Shown here one piece after another: positions 63,536 through 64,000 of a stretch of 64,000 nucleotides of DNA. The first letter of the stretch is position 1, and each line of letters opens with the position of its first letter. A program made the translations under genes and the position numbers. Where the stretch lies: assembly GCF_009914755.1 (NCBI RefSeq), contig NC_060931.1. One strand, written 5' to 3'. Source of the DNA: the human T2T-CHM13v2.0 reference genome, Homo sapiens. Under the pieces are notes generated by a model. It saw only the letters and a program-made list of their open reading frames with translations. It was not told the DNA's origin and ran no database searches.

Positions 63536-64000
63536 TTAATGTAACAGACAAAATATTTAGTATATTTGTAATACTTATTTACTAAATCATGTTTTCTTAT
63601 ACAACTTATTTCTTATACAGATTATTTCATACGTAGCCAGTTCATTATTTGAAAAATCAAGGTCAGATTGCCCCTGTTAGCTGATATTTTAACCTCTTGA
63701 TTGCCTATAAAGGAATTAAATATGCATTTATATAATAAAGTAGTTGTGAAGTTTTTGAACATAATTAGAAAAAAGACTCTTTGTTGATCGAGTATAAAAT
63801 GTGCTTCATGAAGCGTTTGATTAGTTAAAATATGAAAAATTTTAGTTGAAGAGCTTTTAATAGGGCTTATCTTTAGTCAGTCATTTTATACATAATAAAA
63901 TGCCTCTCACAATTCTGAAAGGACCTAGCGAATTTAAGAAGCTGGGTGATGTAATATAAAGAGCCCTGGATTTAGGAGGTCAGTCTTAGTTTATTCCCTT

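Overview
Human genomic DNA (it carries an AluYa5 with all five diagnostic positions), AT-rich and repeat-dense. I can support no protein-coding exon, tRNA, rRNA, snoRNA or known miRNA. It reads as the interior of a long intron of an unidentified gene transcribed on the + strand: 13 of 15 Alu-type elements and all but one L1 are on the - strand, and there are a few plausible + strand non-coding exons (best: 20473-20665). Nearly all long ORFs are L1, Alu or microsatellite translations. The main elements are three L1PA copies, older L1M/L2/MIR fragments, DNA-transposon MITEs (MER94, MER1B, MER58A, MER30, MER5, Tigger4, Charlie1) and a MaLR LTR. The most interesting object is the near full-length L1PA7/8-type element at 38179-44467. 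It has an open 176-codon antisense ORF0 homologue pointing in the inferred host direction and an in-frame ORF1-ORF2 fusion deletion. It shares one TSD with an abutting Alu fragment, hosts two nested Alus, and shares private mutations with a second L1 about 10 kb away. Other oddities are a 79-nt near-perfect hairpin at 32842-32920 and several template-switch or micro-duplication scars. Subfamily names come from remembered consensus sequences and need RepeatMasker/Dfam confirmation; boundaries of ancient repeats are approximate.
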